From the NCBI GenBank assembly GCA_963633225.1, contig CAVGXR010000042.1, forward strand, positions 16,152 to 80,151: 64,000 bases of DNA. The letters run 5' to 3'. Below the pieces are notes generated by a model. The model was not told the DNA's origin, did not search any database, and worked only from the letters and a program-made list of their open reading frames with translations. Position numbers and translations under genes: made by a program. How positions within the stretch are numbered: the first letter of the stretch is position 1; the number at the start of each line of letters is the position of its first letter. Shown one piece after another: positions 9,364 through 19,958 of the stretch. This DNA is from Collinsella aerofaciens (GTDB lineage Bacteria; Bacillota; Clostridia; Oscillospirales; Oscillospiraceae).

Positions 9364-10257
9364 ATGCAGGACTTTTCGAGTTACTTTTTGAGAGTGCTCA
9401 ATTACCTCTCGACAATAAGCTTCTGGGATGTCGTTGACATCCTTATAGTTGCTTTTCTGTTTTACAAGGTCATAGATCTTGTACGAAAGACAAGCTCGTA
9501 TAACCTTGCAAAGGGAATACTCTTGCTGCTTGTCGTCTTGTGGCTGTCAGGCCCATCGGTGTTTAACCTGACGATGATAAACTTTATTCTGCGCAAGACG
9601 GTCGAGATCGGTCTTATAGCATTAGTCATAATATTTCAGCCGGAGCTCCGCAAGCTCCTGTCGAGAATGGGCAGCAAGGACTTTTACGGTATCTTCTCGC
9701 CGAAGGTACAGGCCACGAGCAAGGCTGAGTCTGCCATAACGCAGACGGTGCTTGCCTGTGAGCAGATGTCAAAAAGCAGAACGGGTGCTCTTATTATCTA
9801 TGAACGCAATGTCAAGCTCAGTGATATTATGACTACAGGCACGATCATAGATGCTGACATAACCGCAGAGCTTTTAAAGAACATATTCTACCCCAAAGCG
9901 CCTCTGCATGATGGTGCGATCATTATCCGCAATTTCAGGATCGCCGCTGCCGGCTGCGTGCTGCCGCTCACGAGCAAGACAAACCTCAGCAAGGATCTCG
10001 GTATGCGCCACCGCGCAGGTATCGGTGCAAGCGAGGTATCCGATGCAATAACTATTATCGTGTCGGAGGAAACCGGCGGCATATCGGTTGCCGTTGAGGG
10101 TATGCTCAAGCGCAACCTCTCGGTCTCCATGCTGGAGCAGATCCTGCGAAAAGAGCTCATAGTTGAAGAGGTCAAGAAGAATACCGCAGCTGAAGTTTTT
10201 TCTCGTTTTTTCGATAAGCATAAGGTGAATGATGATGGAACAGAAAAAAAGAACTAA
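9364..10257 (+). CDS. cdaA: diadenylate cyclase CdaA (c-di-AMP synthase)
   Basis: Three N-terminal TM helices, then DAC-domain motifs (APLHDGAIIIRN, GMRHRAGIGASE). The ATG at 9364 is preferred over the TTG at 9352. Confidence 0.9.
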   Translation: MQDFSSYFLRVLNYLSTISFWDVVDILIVAFLFYKVIDLVRKTSSYNLAKGILLLLVVLWLSGPSVFNLTMINFILRKTVEIGLIALVIIFQPELRKLLSRMGSKDFYGIFSPKVQATSKAESAITQTVLACEQMSKSRTGALIIYERNVKLSDIMTTGTIIDADITAELLKNIFYPKAPLHDGAIIIRNFRIAAAGCVLPLTSKTNLSKDLGMRHRAGIGASEVSDAITIIVSEETGGISVAVEGMLKRNLSVSMLEQILRKELIVEEVKKNTAAEVFSRFFDKHKVNDDGTEKKN

Positions 10258-11494
10258 AAAAATATATGACAGCAAGGCGTTCTGGATGGCCGTTTCGCTG
10301 CTGTTTTCGCTCCTGATGTGGGTGTATGTGACCAGTCAGGACTCGACAGACAAAAATCTCACCTTTACCGGCATACCCGTTGAGTTTCAGGGGCAGGAAG
10401 AGCTTTTGAGCGAGCATAACCTCTCGATAAGCGATGTCAGCGCAGACACCGTCAGCATCGTCGTCAGGGGCAACCCCAGCATGATATCAAAGCTCAAGGC
10501 CTCTGATATAAAGGCTGTCATTGACGTGAGCAGTATAACATCGCCTAATAACATGACTTGGACGTATAAGCTCGTTTTCCCCAGCTACGTCAATGAAAGC
10601 GAGATAAGCGTCGTTCGGAAAACGCCGGATACCATAAACTTCACGGTCATCAAAAACGACATTAAGACCGTCGATATCAAGGGCAGCTTTGAGGGCGCTA
10701 TCGCCGAGGGCTGCGTGGCCGAGGAGTTTGTTTTTGAGCCCAAGACGCTTACGGTCGAAGGCCCTGAGGATATCATAAACAAGATAGATCACGCATGGGT
10801 CAGCTTCGGCAAGGATCAGACCATAGATTCGGCCTATGTCGAGGAAGCGGAGTTTACGCTGCGCGATAAAAACGACAACATTATCGAAAAGGACGGACTT
10901 ATCATCTCCGAGAATACCGTTACAGCCACCCAGCCGGTGCTAAAGAGCAAGGATGTTCCTCTGAAGGTTCAGCTTATATCCGGCGGCGGCATAACCTCGA
11001 GCGACTGCAATGTCAGCATTGACCCGAGCAGCATAAAAATAGCCGGAGATTCAAGGATAGTTGACGATATCGAATCAATAGAGCTCGGCTCTATCGACCT
11101 GTCCTCATTCAGCAGCGGCTATGAACACACCTTTGATATTACTCTTCCCGACGGCGTACAGAACCTCACGGGTGTTTCCGAGGCTACAGTCACCATCGAG
11201 ATAAATGGCTCGCATACAAAGACGTTCACAACAACGAATATCGCCGTCAAGGGTGTGTCCAGCGGATACCGCACGACTATCGACACCAAGGAGATCGAGG
11301 TCACGCTCCGTGCACTCAGTCAGGATGCGCTCAACAAGATCAGCGCCAATGACATTACCGTCGTCGCCGACCTGTCCGATTACGGCACAACGACGGGTCA
11401 GGTCATCGTAAACGCCAAGGTCACTGTTTCGGGGCATGAAAATGTCGGTGCGGTCGGCGATGTGAAAGTTACGGTCACAATATACAAGGATTAG
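10229..11494 (+). CDS. cdaR: CdaR (YbbR-domain) regulator of CdaA
   Basis: N-terminal TM followed by repeated beta-rich YbbR-like modules. Overlaps the cdaA 3' end, the conserved operon position. Start is ambiguous among ATGs at 10229, 10232 and 10235. Confidence 0.8.
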   Translation: MMMEQKKRTKKIYDSKAFWMAVSLLFSLLMWVYVTSQDSTDKNLTFTGIPVEFQGQEELLSEHNLSISDVSADTVSIVVRGNPSMISKLKASDIKAVIDVSSITSPNNMTWTYKLVFPSYVNESEISVVRKTPDTINFTVIKNDIKTVDIKGSFEGAIAEGCVAEEFVFEPKTLTVEGPEDIINKIDHAWVSFGKDQTIDSAYVEEAEFTLRDKNDNIIEKDGLIISENTVTATQPVLKSKDVPLKVQLISGGGITSSDCNVSIDPSSIKIAGDSRIVDDIESIELGSIDLSSFSSGYEHTFDITLPDGVQNLTGVSEATVTIEINGSHTKTFTTTNIAVKGVSSGYRTTIDTKEIEVTLRALSQDALNKISANDITVVADLSDYGTTTGQVIVNAKVTVSGHENVGAVGDVKVTVTIYKD

Positions 11495-11512
11495 GACGGG
11501 AGGTCTTCAGCA

Positions 11513-11920
11513 ATGACTCAGGATGCAGTAGTCACCAAGGTTTTTCCTAACGGAATGGCCGAGGTCGTCGTAGCCCGCGGCACTGCCTGCGGAAGCAACT
11601 GCGGCAATTGTGAAAGCTGTGTGTTCCAGAACGAAATAAAAGCATTTGCCAAGAACACTGTCAATGCAAGGCCGGGCGAAAAGGTGGTTATCGAAAGCCT
11701 CAGCTCGAGGATATTCGGCGCGGTGTTTATCGTTTATATCATACCGCTGCTGGCCTTTGTTCTGGGCTATATCATTGCAGAGAGCTGCGGTCTGAGCGAG
11801 GGACTCAGCATTCTGTGCAGCTTTGCAGTGTTCTGCGTGGCTGTCGCCGTTATGGTCGTATACCAGCGCCGCAGCAAGCGCAAAAATCCTATTAAATTTG
11901 AGATAACACAGCTTCGTTGA
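11513..11920 (+). CDS. RseC/MucC-family (SoxR-reducing system) membrane protein
   Basis: N-terminal beta domain with a Cys cluster (GTACGSNCGNCESC) followed by two TM helices, typical of the family. Confidence 0.7.
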   Translation: MTQDAVVTKVFPNGMAEVVVARGTACGSNCGNCESCVFQNEIKAFAKNTVNARPGEKVVIESLSSRIFGAVFIVYIIPLLAFVLGYIIAESCGLSEGLSILCSFAVFCVAVAVMVVYQRRSKRKNPIKFEITQLR

Positions 11921-11930
11921 GGTGGGGGAA

Positions 11931-12809
11931 ATGATTAAAAGCATGACAGGCTACGGCAGTGCAAAGGGCACTGTCGAGGGCATAGAAGTAAGCGTTGAGC
12001 TTAAAAGCGTAAACAACAAGTTTCTTGATACCGCCATCAGGATGCCGCGCAGCTTCCTATTTGCCGAGGAAACGATAAAGCAGGCTGTAAGCTCGCATAT
12101 AAGCCGCGGCAAGGTTGACGTTTTTGTGACCGTTGACAGCTCAATGGCCGGCGATATGCTCGTCAAGGTAAACGAGCCGCTATTAAAGGGCTATCTTGAC
12201 GCTCTTGAGCTTATATCGGACAAGTACGGTCTTGCAAACGATGTAAGCGTCATGGGCATCAGCCGTCTGCCGGATGTCCTTTCGGTGGAAAAGAAGGAGC
12301 TTGACGCGGAAGCGGTGGCCGAGGGAATGCGCGCCATTGCAGAGCAGGCGCTGTGCGACTTTGACCGTATGCGCATCGTTGAAGGCGAAAAGCTCAAAGC
12401 CGATGTTCTGACAAAGCTTGAAAATATAGAAGGCTTCGTATCTGTCATTGAAAAGGAATCTCCTCTTACGGTCAGAGAATACCGTGAGCGGCTTCTCGGA
12501 AAGCTCAACGAAGTTCTCGGCTCATCGGGGATAGACGAGTCGCGCATACTTACAGAGGCTGCAATATTCGCTGATAAGATTGCAGTCGATGAAGAGACGG
12601 TGCGCCTGCGCAGTCATATAGCACAGCTGCGTCAGATGCTTGAAACAGGCTCTCCCATCGGAAGAAAGATCGACTTTCTGCTTCAGGAGTTTAACCGCGA
12701 GGCAAATACGACAGGCTCAAAATGCCAGAACTCCGGCATTGCGCACGTTGTCGTCGAGCTCAAATCCGAGATTGAGAAGATACGCGAGCAGATTCAGAAT
12801 ATCGAGTGA
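11931..12809 (+). CDS. yicC: YicC-family stress-induced protein (YloC homologue)
   Basis: Canonical [10 protein letters not shown]-terminus and C-terminal EFNREANT...[11 protein letters not shown] motif. ATG at 11931 lies behind a GTGGGGG SD. Confidence 0.88.
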   Translation: MIKSMTGYGSAKGTVEGIEVSVELKSVNNKFLDTAIRMPRSFLFAEETIKQAVSSHISRGKVDVFVTVDSSMAGDMLVKVNEPLLKGYLDALELISDKYGLANDVSVMGISRLPDVLSVEKKELDAEAVAEGMRAIAEQALCDFDRMRIVEGEKLKADVLTKLENIEGFVSVIEKESPLTVREYRERLLGKLNEVLGSSGIDESRILTEAAIFADKIAVDEETVRLRSHIAQLRQMLETGSPIGRKIDFLLQEFNREANTTGSKCQNSGIAHVVVELKSEIEKIREQIQNIE

Positions 12810-12816
12810 GGCCGGT

Positions 12817-13077
12817 ATGACGCTTATAAACATCGGATTCGGAAACATGGTCAGCGCCGAGCGCATTATAGCCATGGTAAGTCCCGAATCGGCGCCCATA
12901 AAGCGAATGATTCAGGATGTCAGGGATAAGGGCTTATTAATAGATGCATCCTTCGGCAGAAGCACGAAGGCGGCTCTTATTATGGACAGCGGCAACGTTA
13001 TACTGTCCGCGCTCACGCCGGAGGTTCTGGCAGGGCGAATGTCAAATAAAAAAGAGGAAGGTGCAGCAAATGGCTAA
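12817..13077 (+). CDS. remA: RemA/DUF370 extracellular-matrix regulator
   Basis: [33 protein letters not shown]... is the conserved DUF370 core. The ORF-track start at 12640 is an upstream extension into yicC. Confidence 0.85.
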   Translation: MTLINIGFGNMVSAERIIAMVSPESAPIKRMIQDVRDKGLLIDASFGRSTKAALIMDSGNVILSALTPEVLAGRMSNKKEEGAANG

Positions 13078-13675
13078 TCAGAGAGGAAAGCTAATAGTTA
13101 TATCCGGCCCGTCCGGAGCGGGGAAGAGCACCGTCGTTTTCAAGGCCCTCGAGGGACGCGACGATATATGCTTTTCCGTCTCCGCAACAACGAGAAAGCC
13201 CCGTCAGGGCGAGGTGGACGGCAAGGAGTATTTCTTCGTCGATCTCGATAAATTCCGCGATATGGTCGCAAACGACGAATTTCTCGAGCATGCGGAATAT
13301 GTCGCAAATTCCTATGGTACGCCCAAGGCCTATGTTGAGGAAAAGCTCAGTGAGGGCATGAACGTCCTGCTTGATATAGAGGTTCAGGGTGCGCTTCAGG
13401 TCCACGAAAAAATGCCCGAGGCAGTTATGATCTTCATCATCCCGCCCTCCATGGAGGAGCTTGAGAGGAGACTTCGCAGCAGAGGCACCGACTCCGAGCG
13501 TAAGATAGAGGCCCGCCTTATCCGCGCCAGAGAGGAATACGCCGCCGCCGATTTTTACGACTATATCATTATAAATGACGATGCCGATAAGGCCGCAAAG
13601 GAATTTTCGGCAATAATCACCGCAGAATACTGCAAATACGATCTGAGAAAAAACTATTTAAGTGAGGTAGACTGA
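13070..13675 (+). CDS. gmk: guanylate kinase
   Basis: [17 protein letters not shown]-loop and [19 protein letters not shown] motif. Start at the internal ATG 13070. Confidence 0.93.
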   Translation: MANQRGKLIVISGPSGAGKSTVVFKALEGRDDICFSVSATTRKPRQGEVDGKEYFFVDLDKFRDMVANDEFLEHAEYVANSYGTPKAYVEEKLSEGMNVLLDIEVQGALQVHEKMPEAVMIFIIPPSMEELERRLRSRGTDSERKIEARLIRAREEYAAADFYDYIIINDDADKAAKEFSAIITAEYCKYDLRKNYLSEVD

Positions 13676-13677
13676 TC

Positions 13678-13869
13678 ATGATGCTTTATCCCCCCGTTGC
13701 CGAGCTTGTCAGCAAGACCGGCAACCGTTATCAGCTTGTAAATTTAGTTGCAAGAAGGGCGCGCCAGATATCCGCAGCCGCCGAGGAGGAGGGTATAATC
13801 CTCGATAAAAAGCCCGTTTCCGCAGCTATCGACGAGGTATACACCGGCAAGCTTACCATAGAAAAATGA
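13678..13869 (+). CDS. rpoZ: DNA-directed RNA polymerase subunit omega
   Basis: 63 aa with the conserved NRYQLVNLVARRARQI segment. Conserved position after gmk. Confidence 0.88.
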   Translation: MMLYPPVAELVSKTGNRYQLVNLVARRARQISAAAEEEGIILDKKPVSAAIDEVYTGKLTIEK

Positions 13870-13874
13870 CCGAC

Positions 13875-13908
13875 AGCGGAGCCGAAACGCAGCTCCGCTT
13901 AGTTTTGT
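13875..13908 (+). terminator. possible terminator/attenuator after rpoZ
   Basis: AGCGGAGC-N9-GCTCCGCT followed by TAGTTTTGTT. The U-tract is interrupted, so this may be a partial terminator. Confidence 0.4.
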
Positions 13909-13924
13909 TCAGAGGTGATGGGGC

Positions 13925-16177
13925 GTGTCAGAAAAACGCATAGCGAAAATTGCGGTCTCTGCCGCAAATTACAGTTTGGACAAGCCCTATGACTATCTTA
14001 TTCCCGACAGCATGGCGGACAGCGTCGTACCGGGAATGCGCGTTACCGTTCCCTTCTCGAGGGGCAACCGGCGCAGCGAGGGCATAGTTCTGGGGCTTGC
14101 GGACAACAGCGAATTTGAAAAGCTCAAGCCCATTGAGGCATGTCTCGATAAAGAGCCAATGCTCACGCAGACGCAGCTGAAGCTTGCGCTTTGGATGCAC
14201 GACAGACTGTTCTGCACCGTTTATGAGGCGGTGAGGACAATTCTTCCCGCAGGCTGCTGGTTCACTGCCGCCGGCGCTCGCAGAGTAAACGACAAGACCC
14301 GCGAGATGATAAGCCTCACAATCGATGCCGAGGAGGCCTTCTCCGCAGCTCAGGAAAAGCGCAGAAAAGCGCCGATGCAGGCAGCCCTGCTGGAGCTTCT
14401 GTGCTCGGCCGGAAGAGTGCCGGCGAGTGAGGCAATGCACTTTACTGGTGCTTCACGGCAGTCGCTCAACGCGCTTATAAACGCACAGCTTGTGCTCAGC
14501 GAGCATGAGGAGGTTTTCCGTCGGCCCGAGGTGTGGACGGGAAAGCTCAGACAGCTGCCGGTGCTCAATCGTGAGCAGAATGCAGCTTATGCAGGGCTAA
14601 AAAGCCTTCTGGACGATCCTCGCCCCGAGGCGGCGCTCCTATGCGGAGTTACAGGCAGCGGAAAGACCTCCGTGTATATCCGTCTCATAGCGGATACGAT
14701 AAAAAGCGGAAAATGCGCAATACTCCTTGTGCCCGAGATCGCGCTCACGCCGCAGATGATACACACATTTTCCGAATATTTCGGCAACGAGGTCGCCATA
14801 CTGCACAGCAGCCTCGGCATCGGCGAGCGCTACGACGAATGGAAGCGCATAAAAAGCGGCGGCGCGAAGCTTGCGATAGGAACGCGCAGCGCGGTATTTG
14901 CGCCCTTTGAAAACCTTGGGTTAATAATCATTGACGAAGAGCAGGAGGACAGCTACAAGTCTGAATCCTCGCCGCGGTACCATGCGCGGGACATTGCAAA
15001 ATACCGCTGCGCAAAGACAAATTCTCTTCTGCTGCTCGGCTCTGCCACGCCCGATATCGAAAGCCGTTACGCTGCCGAAACGGGAAAGTACAAATTTTTC
15101 GAGCTGCACGAGAGATATAACGAAATGCAGCTTCCGACTGTCGAGATAGTAGACATGAAGTGCGAGCTCAAGGCCGGAAACGGCGGTGAGCTGAGCTCAC
15201 GGCTGCGCACGGAGCTTGAGGAAAACCTTTCGCGTGGAGAGCAGAGCATACTGTTCATAAACCGGCGAGGGGCAAACAAGCTCATCTGCTGCGGCGACTG
15301 CGGCTATGTCTATAAATGCCCGAATTGCAGCGTTTCGCTGACATACCACAGCTTTAACGACCGGCTCATGTGCCATTACTGCGGCTACACACGCAGAGCA
15401 GACAGCCGCTGCCCGGACTGCGGTGGAATGCTGACCTTCATAGGAGCTGGCACACAGCTTGTTGAGGATGAGCTCAGGCAGCTGTATCCGAACACCGAGA
15501 TTCTGCGCATGGATACCGACACGGTAAAGACCGCCGGAAGCCATGAGGCGCTGCTCGGCAAATTTAAAAACGAAAAGATACCCATAATGGTCGGCACGCA
15601 GATGGTCACCAAGGGACTTAATTTTGAAAATGTTACGCTCATCGGCGTTATCTCTGCCGACCAGAGCCTTTACAGCGGCGATTACCGCTCCGGCGAGAGA
15701 ACCTTTTCGCTTATAACGCAGGTCATTGGCCGAAGCGGAAGAGGTTCAAAACCAGGCCGCGCAGTCATACAGACCTTCACGCCGCAAAACGAGATAATAC
15801 GGCTTGCCGCCGCGCAGGATTACGATGGGTTTTATAAGACAGAGCTCAGCCTGCGCAGGCTGCAAAACACTCCGCCCTTTGCCGATATAATAGCGATAAC
15901 TGCATCCGGAACTACCGAAAGCAGCGTAATAAAATGCTGCTCGGATATATGCAGGGTGCTGAAGGCAGCGTTGGGCGGCAGATACGATGTACACATACTC
16001 GGACCTGCACCGCTGCCGGTCGTCAGAGTAAACAAACGATACAGATACAGGGTAAACATATGCTGCACAGCAGATAAGGCGCTGCGCGAGACGGTCTCGT
16101 CGGTGCTTATCCGCTGCGCAAGATCCGGCAAATACAAGGGTGTCAGTGTTTTTGCTGACAATAACCCTTCTGATTAG
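13925..16177 (+). CDS. priA: primosomal replication-restart helicase PriA
   Basis: Walker A (GVTGSGKTSVY), DEEQ box (IIIDEEQE) and the Cys-rich zinc-binding insert (CGDCGYVYKCPNCSVSLTYH...CHYCGY...CPDCG). GTG start. Confidence 0.92.
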   Translation: MSEKRIAKIAVSAANYSLDKPYDYLIPDSMADSVVPGMRVTVPFSRGNRRSEGIVLGLADNSEFEKLKPIEACLDKEPMLTQTQLKLALWMHDRLFCTVYEAVRTILPAGCWFTAAGARRVNDKTREMISLTIDAEEAFSAAQEKRRKAPMQAALLELLCSAGRVPASEAMHFTGASRQSLNALINAQLVLSEHEEVFRRPEVWTGKLRQLPVLNREQNAAYAGLKSLLDDPRPEAALLCGVTGSGKTSVYIRLIADTIKSGKCAILLVPEIALTPQMIHTFSEYFGNEVAILHSSLGIGERYDEWKRIKSGGAKLAIGTRSAVFAPFENLGLIIIDEEQEDSYKSESSPRYHARDIAKYRCAKTNSLLLLGSATPDIESRYAAETGKYKFFELHERYNEMQLPTVEIVDMKCELKAGNGGELSSRLRTELEENLSRGEQSILFINRRGANKLICCGDCGYVYKCPNCSVSLTYHSFNDRLMCHYCGYTRRADSRCPDCGGMLTFIGAGTQLVEDELRQLYPNTEILRMDTDTVKTAGSHEALLGKFKNEKIPIMVGTQMVTKGLNFENVTLIGVISADQSLYSGDYRSGERTFSLITQVIGRSGRGSKPGRAVIQTFTPQNEIIRLAAAQDYDGFYKTELSLRRLQNTPPFADIIAITASGTTESSVIKCCSDICRVLKAALGGRYDVHILGPAPLPVVRVNKRYRYRVNICCTADKALRETVSSVLIRCARSGKYKGVSVFADNNPSD

Positions 16178-16186
16178 GAGAAGATC

Positions 16187-16690
16187 ATGGCACTCAGACA
16201 CATAGTGACACAAGAGGATAAGATACTGCATAAGGTCTGCCGCGAGCAGCAGAAGTTTGACGGCAGGCTCCACCAGCTTCTTGACGATATGGCGGAGACG
16301 CTCGAGAACGCAAACGGTGTCGGCCTTGCCGCACCGCAGGTCGGTATACTGCGCCGCGTTGTCCTTGTTATCGAGACAAATGTTGAGGAGGAAGAGGACG
16401 AGGAAATACTCGAGCTCATAAACCCTGTTATCATCAGCGCCGAGGGTGAGCAGACGGGAGCCGAGGGCTGCCTGAGCGTTCCGGGCGAGTACGGAATAGT
16501 TACCCGTCCGACCCGTGTTACCGTCCGCGCTCAGGACAGGGACGGCGGCTGGTTTGAATACACCGGCACGGGGCTCACCGCAAGGTGCATATGCCACGAG
16601 CTTGATCATCTTGACGGACATCTGTTCACGGAAAAGGCCGAGCGTATGCTCTCGGAGGATGAGCTCAGAGGAAGCGGAAGCGAGGGCTGA
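16187..16690 (+). CDS. def: peptide deformylase
   Basis: All three motifs are present: GVGLAAPQVG, EGCLSVPG, HELDHLDG. Confidence 0.93.
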   Translation: MALRHIVTQEDKILHKVCREQQKFDGRLHQLLDDMAETLENANGVGLAAPQVGILRRVVLVIETNVEEEEDEEILELINPVIISAEGEQTGAEGCLSVPGEYGIVTRPTRVTVRAQDRDGGWFEYTGTGLTARCICHELDHLDGHLFTEKAERMLSEDELRGSGSEG

Positions 16691-16692
16691 GC

Positions 16693-17613
16693 ATGCGTGT
16701 TGTGTTTATGGGCACGCCGGACTTCGCCGCTGCCTCATTAAAAAAGCTTATAGAAGAAAAATACGATATCGCCGCAGTATTTACGCAGCCTGACAAGCCG
16801 CGTGACCGCGGCATGAAGCTCTCTTACAGCCCCGTCAAGGCGCTTGCACTGGAAAACGGCATTCCCGTTTATCAGCCTGCAAAGCTGCGCGACGGTACGG
16901 CAACCGAGCTTATAAAGAGCCTTGAGCCCGATATACTTGTCGTTGTGGCCTATGGCCGCATTTTGCCGGATGATATGCTTGAGGTACCGAGGTACGGTGC
17001 GATAAATGTCCATGCCTCGCTGCTGCCTAAATACAGGGGAGCAGCCCCCATACAGTGGGCGGTATTAAACGGCGATAAAACGACCGGCGTTTCAACCATG
17101 TACCTTGCCTCCGAGATGGATACCGGCGATATTATCTACACAGCCGAGACTGAGATCGGCGAATTTGAGACCTCAGGAGAGCTGTTTGACAGGCTTATGC
17201 TCATGGGAGCCGAGCTTCTGGACAAGACCCTGCGCAGCATCGACGCTGGCACCGCTCCGAGAATACCGCAGGATCACAGCAAGGCAAGCTATGTCAAGAT
17301 GCTTGATAAGAATCTGAGCCCTATAGACTGGGCAAAAACACCGCGAGAGATAGTGAAGCATATCTACGGCCTCCAGCCGTGGCCGGTGGCAACGGCTGAG
17401 CTTGACGGCAAAACGTTCAGGATATACTCTGCCCGATATACGCAGACAAAAACGCAAAAAGCCCCCGGCTGCATTGTCAGCGCCGGAAAGCAGGGCATAG
17501 AGGTCGCCTGCCTTGACGGTGAGACGGTTTTGATAACCGAGCTTCAGGCAGCAGGCAAGAAACGCATGAAGGCATCCGACTATCTGCTCGGACATCCCAT
17601 AAAGGTGGATTAA
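16693..17613 (+). CDS. fmt: methionyl-tRNA formyltransferase
   Basis: RVVFMGTPDFA N-terminus and HASLLPKYRGAAPIQ catalytic motif. Confidence 0.93.
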   Translation: MRVVFMGTPDFAAASLKKLIEEKYDIAAVFTQPDKPRDRGMKLSYSPVKALALENGIPVYQPAKLRDGTATELIKSLEPDILVVVAYGRILPDDMLEVPRYGAINVHASLLPKYRGAAPIQWAVLNGDKTTGVSTMYLASEMDTGDIIYTAETEIGEFETSGELFDRLMLMGAELLDKTLRSIDAGTAPRIPQDHSKASYVKMLDKNLSPIDWAKTPREIVKHIYGLQPWPVATAELDGKTFRIYSARYTQTKTQKAPGCIVSAGKQGIEVACLDGETVLITELQAAGKKRMKASDYLLGHPIKVD

Positions 17614-17616
17614 GCA

Positions 17617-18924
17617 TTGGATAAGGCCAGAGAAGCCGCAGTTTTCGCACTGGAGAGGATCCGGCGCGACGGTGCGTGGTCGTCAGCACTCGGCGACGCA
17701 ATGAAAACAAAATACTCGCTTGATGCGCGTTCGCTGGCTTTGGCCGTGAGCATAAGCCTCGGCGTTACACAGAACGAGGCTCTGCTCGACTATTATATAG
17801 ACCTTTTCAGCAGCTCATCGTCCAGGATAGAGCCGAAGGTGCGCGATATCATGCGCTCCGGCGCGTATCAGCTTATTTTTATGGACAAGATACCGGCCTC
17901 GGCTGCCGTGAACGAGTCTGTAGCGCTCTGCAAAAAGCTTGGCTATTCAAGGGCTTCCGGCTTCTGCAACGCCGTTTTGAGAAAGCTCGCTGGCGGAAAA
18001 GCCGCGCTTCCTGATATCCCCGATAAGGGTACGGCGCAGTATCTTTCAACAAAATACAGCCACCCCCTGTGGCTTGCGCAGTACATGATCTCGCACCGCG
18101 GCTATGATGCCGTCGAAGCGTTTTTTGCGGCAAACAACAGCGTGCCCGATACCTGCTTACAGGTAAATACCCTGAAGATATCGGCACCCGAGCTGCTTGA
18201 ACGGCTGCGAGATTCGGGCGTGCAGTGCTCTGCTCATCCGTGGATGCCCGACTGCATCGTCAGCAAGGGTAATGTAAGCGCCATGGAGGGCTTTCCTGAG
18301 GGGCTGTTCTACGTTCAGGATCCCGCTGCAAGGTGCGCAGTGCTCACAGCAGGGCTCAGACAGGGAATGCAGGTGCTTGATGCCTGCGCAGCTCCCGGCG
18401 GCAAGAGCTTTGCCGCGGCTATAGCCATGAAGAATGAGGGCAGCATAGATTCATGTGACCTTCACGAAAAGAAGATACGCCTTATAAATGATGGTGCCCG
18501 ACGCCTTGGTATAGATATCATAAGAGCCTTCCCGCACGATGCAAGAGCGCCGCTGGACAAGCTGTATGATGCAATAATAGCGGATGTTCCGTGTTCGGGC
18601 TACGGCGTTATACGAAAGAAGCCCGAGATACGGTATAAAAAGCAGATGGACGCTGCCGCAATGCCGCCGATTCAGGCGGCAATACTCGAAAACCTCTCGC
18701 ACTATCTCAAGCCGGACGGGGTTTTGATATACTCCACCTGCACCGTGCTCGAGGAAGAGAACGAGGGCATTGTCAATGCGTTTCTGAGCTCTCACCCTGA
18801 GTTTTCTGCCGAGAGCTTTACGCTGCCTAACGGCGAGAGCGCCGCCGGCGGCTACTATACCTTCTGGCCGGATGTTCACGGCACCGACGGATTTTTTGTC
18901 TGCAAGCTGAGGAGAAATAAATGA
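17617..18924 (+). CDS. rsmB: 16S rRNA (cytosine967-C5)-methyltransferase
   Basis: NusB-like N-domain, SAM motif DACAAPGGKS, and catalytic DVPCSGYG and YSTCT motifs. TTG start. Confidence 0.88.
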   Translation: MDKAREAAVFALERIRRDGAWSSALGDAMKTKYSLDARSLALAVSISLGVTQNEALLDYYIDLFSSSSSRIEPKVRDIMRSGAYQLIFMDKIPASAAVNESVALCKKLGYSRASGFCNAVLRKLAGGKAALPDIPDKGTAQYLSTKYSHPLWLAQYMISHRGYDAVEAFFAANNSVPDTCLQVNTLKISAPELLERLRDSGVQCSAHPWMPDCIVSKGNVSAMEGFPEGLFYVQDPAARCAVLTAGLRQGMQVLDACAAPGGKSFAAAIAMKNEGSIDSCDLHEKKIRLINDGARRLGIDIIRAFPHDARAPLDKLYDAIIADVPCSGYGVIRKKPEIRYKKQMDAAAMPPIQAAILENLSHYLKPDGVLIYSTCTVLEEENEGIVNAFLSSHPEFSAESFTLPNGESAAGGYYTFWPDVHGTDGFFVCKLRRNK

Positions 18925-19958
18925 AAAACCTTAGGAGTATGCTCCCAAACGAGATAGAGCAGGTGCTCACGCAGCTCGGAGAGCCGAAATACCGTGCAAA
19001 GCAGGTATTCAAATGGCTCGGCAGGGGAATAGGCTCGATCGACGAAATGAGCGATATCCCCAAAGCACTGCGTGAAAAGCTCAAGGCCGAATACTGCATT
19101 TATGAGCCGAAGGTGCTCAGTAAGCAGGTGTCAAAGCTTGACGGCACGATAAAATACCTCTGGGAGCTGTACGACGGAAACGCTGTGGAGACCGTTGTCA
19201 TGAGCTATAAGCACGGAAACACCGTGTGCGTGTCAACTCAGGTCGGCTGCCGTCAGGGCTGCGCATTCTGCGCATCTACGATCGGCGGACTTGTCCGCTG
19301 CCTTGAGCCTAACGAGATACTCGAGGAGGTCATGTTCTCGCAGCTTGATTCGGGAAAGCAGATATCCAACATTGTCCTCATGGGCATAGGCGAGCCGCTC
19401 GATAATTTTGACAACGTTGTCAAGTTCCTTGAGCTCGTAAATCATCCCGACGGAATGAATATAGGTATGCGGCATATATCGCTTTCTACCTGCGGGATAA
19501 CAGAAAAGTTTGACAAACTGGCGGAGCTTAATTTACAATTGACCTTATCGGTATCCCTGCACGCTCCCGATGACGAGACGCGCTCGAAGATCATGCCGGC
19601 AAACCACGGCAGAGGCGTTGACGAGCTGATGGAGTGCTGCCGCCGCTATTATGAGAAGACAGGCCGCAGGATATCGTTTGAGTATATAATGATCGACGGT
19701 GTGAACGACACGCAGTACCATGCCGAGCTTTTGTCCAAGCGGGCAAGATACGTCGGCGCACACGTCAATCTCATTCCGATGAACCACGTTGAAGAGAGCC
19801 GTTTTCAGCCCTCCACTCAGGGACATATAAAGGCCTTTGTAAAGGTCTTGGAGGATAACGGCGTTAACGTCACCGTCCGCCGGAAGCTCGGCGGCGATGT
19901 GGAAGCGTCCTGCGGTCAGCTCCGCAGAAAAATGCAGAAGGGCAATCAGATAAAATGA
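18921..19958 (+). CDS. rlmN: 23S rRNA/tRNA (adenine-C2)-methyltransferase, radical SAM
   Basis: Radical-SAM cluster (VSTQVGCRQGCAFCAS), conserved C-terminal Cys (DVEASCGQL), and YRAKQVFKW N-terminus. Confidence 0.92.
   Translation: MKNLRSMLPNEIEQVLTQLGEPKYRAKQVFKWLGRGIGSIDEMSDIPKALREKLKAEYCIYEPKVLSKQVSKLDGTIKYLWELYDGNAVETVVMSYKHGNTVCVSTQVGCRQGCAFCASTIGGLVRCLEPNEILEEVMFSQLDSGKQISNIVLMGIGEPLDNFDNVVKFLELVNHPDGMNIGMRHISLSTCGITEKFDKLAELNLQLTLSVSLHAPDDETRSKIMPANHGRGVDELMECCRRYYEKTGRRISFEYIMIDGVNDTQYHAELLSKRARYVGAHVNLIPMNHVEESRFQPSTQGHIKAFVKVLEDNGVNVTVRRKLGGDVEASCGQLRRKMQKGNQIK

Noticed and set aside
15746-16621. 291-aa ORF on the - strand spanning the priA 3' end and def
   Set aside because: It lies antisense to two genes that have complete catalytic motifs. 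It crosses their intergenic gap, has no SD and no recognisable family.
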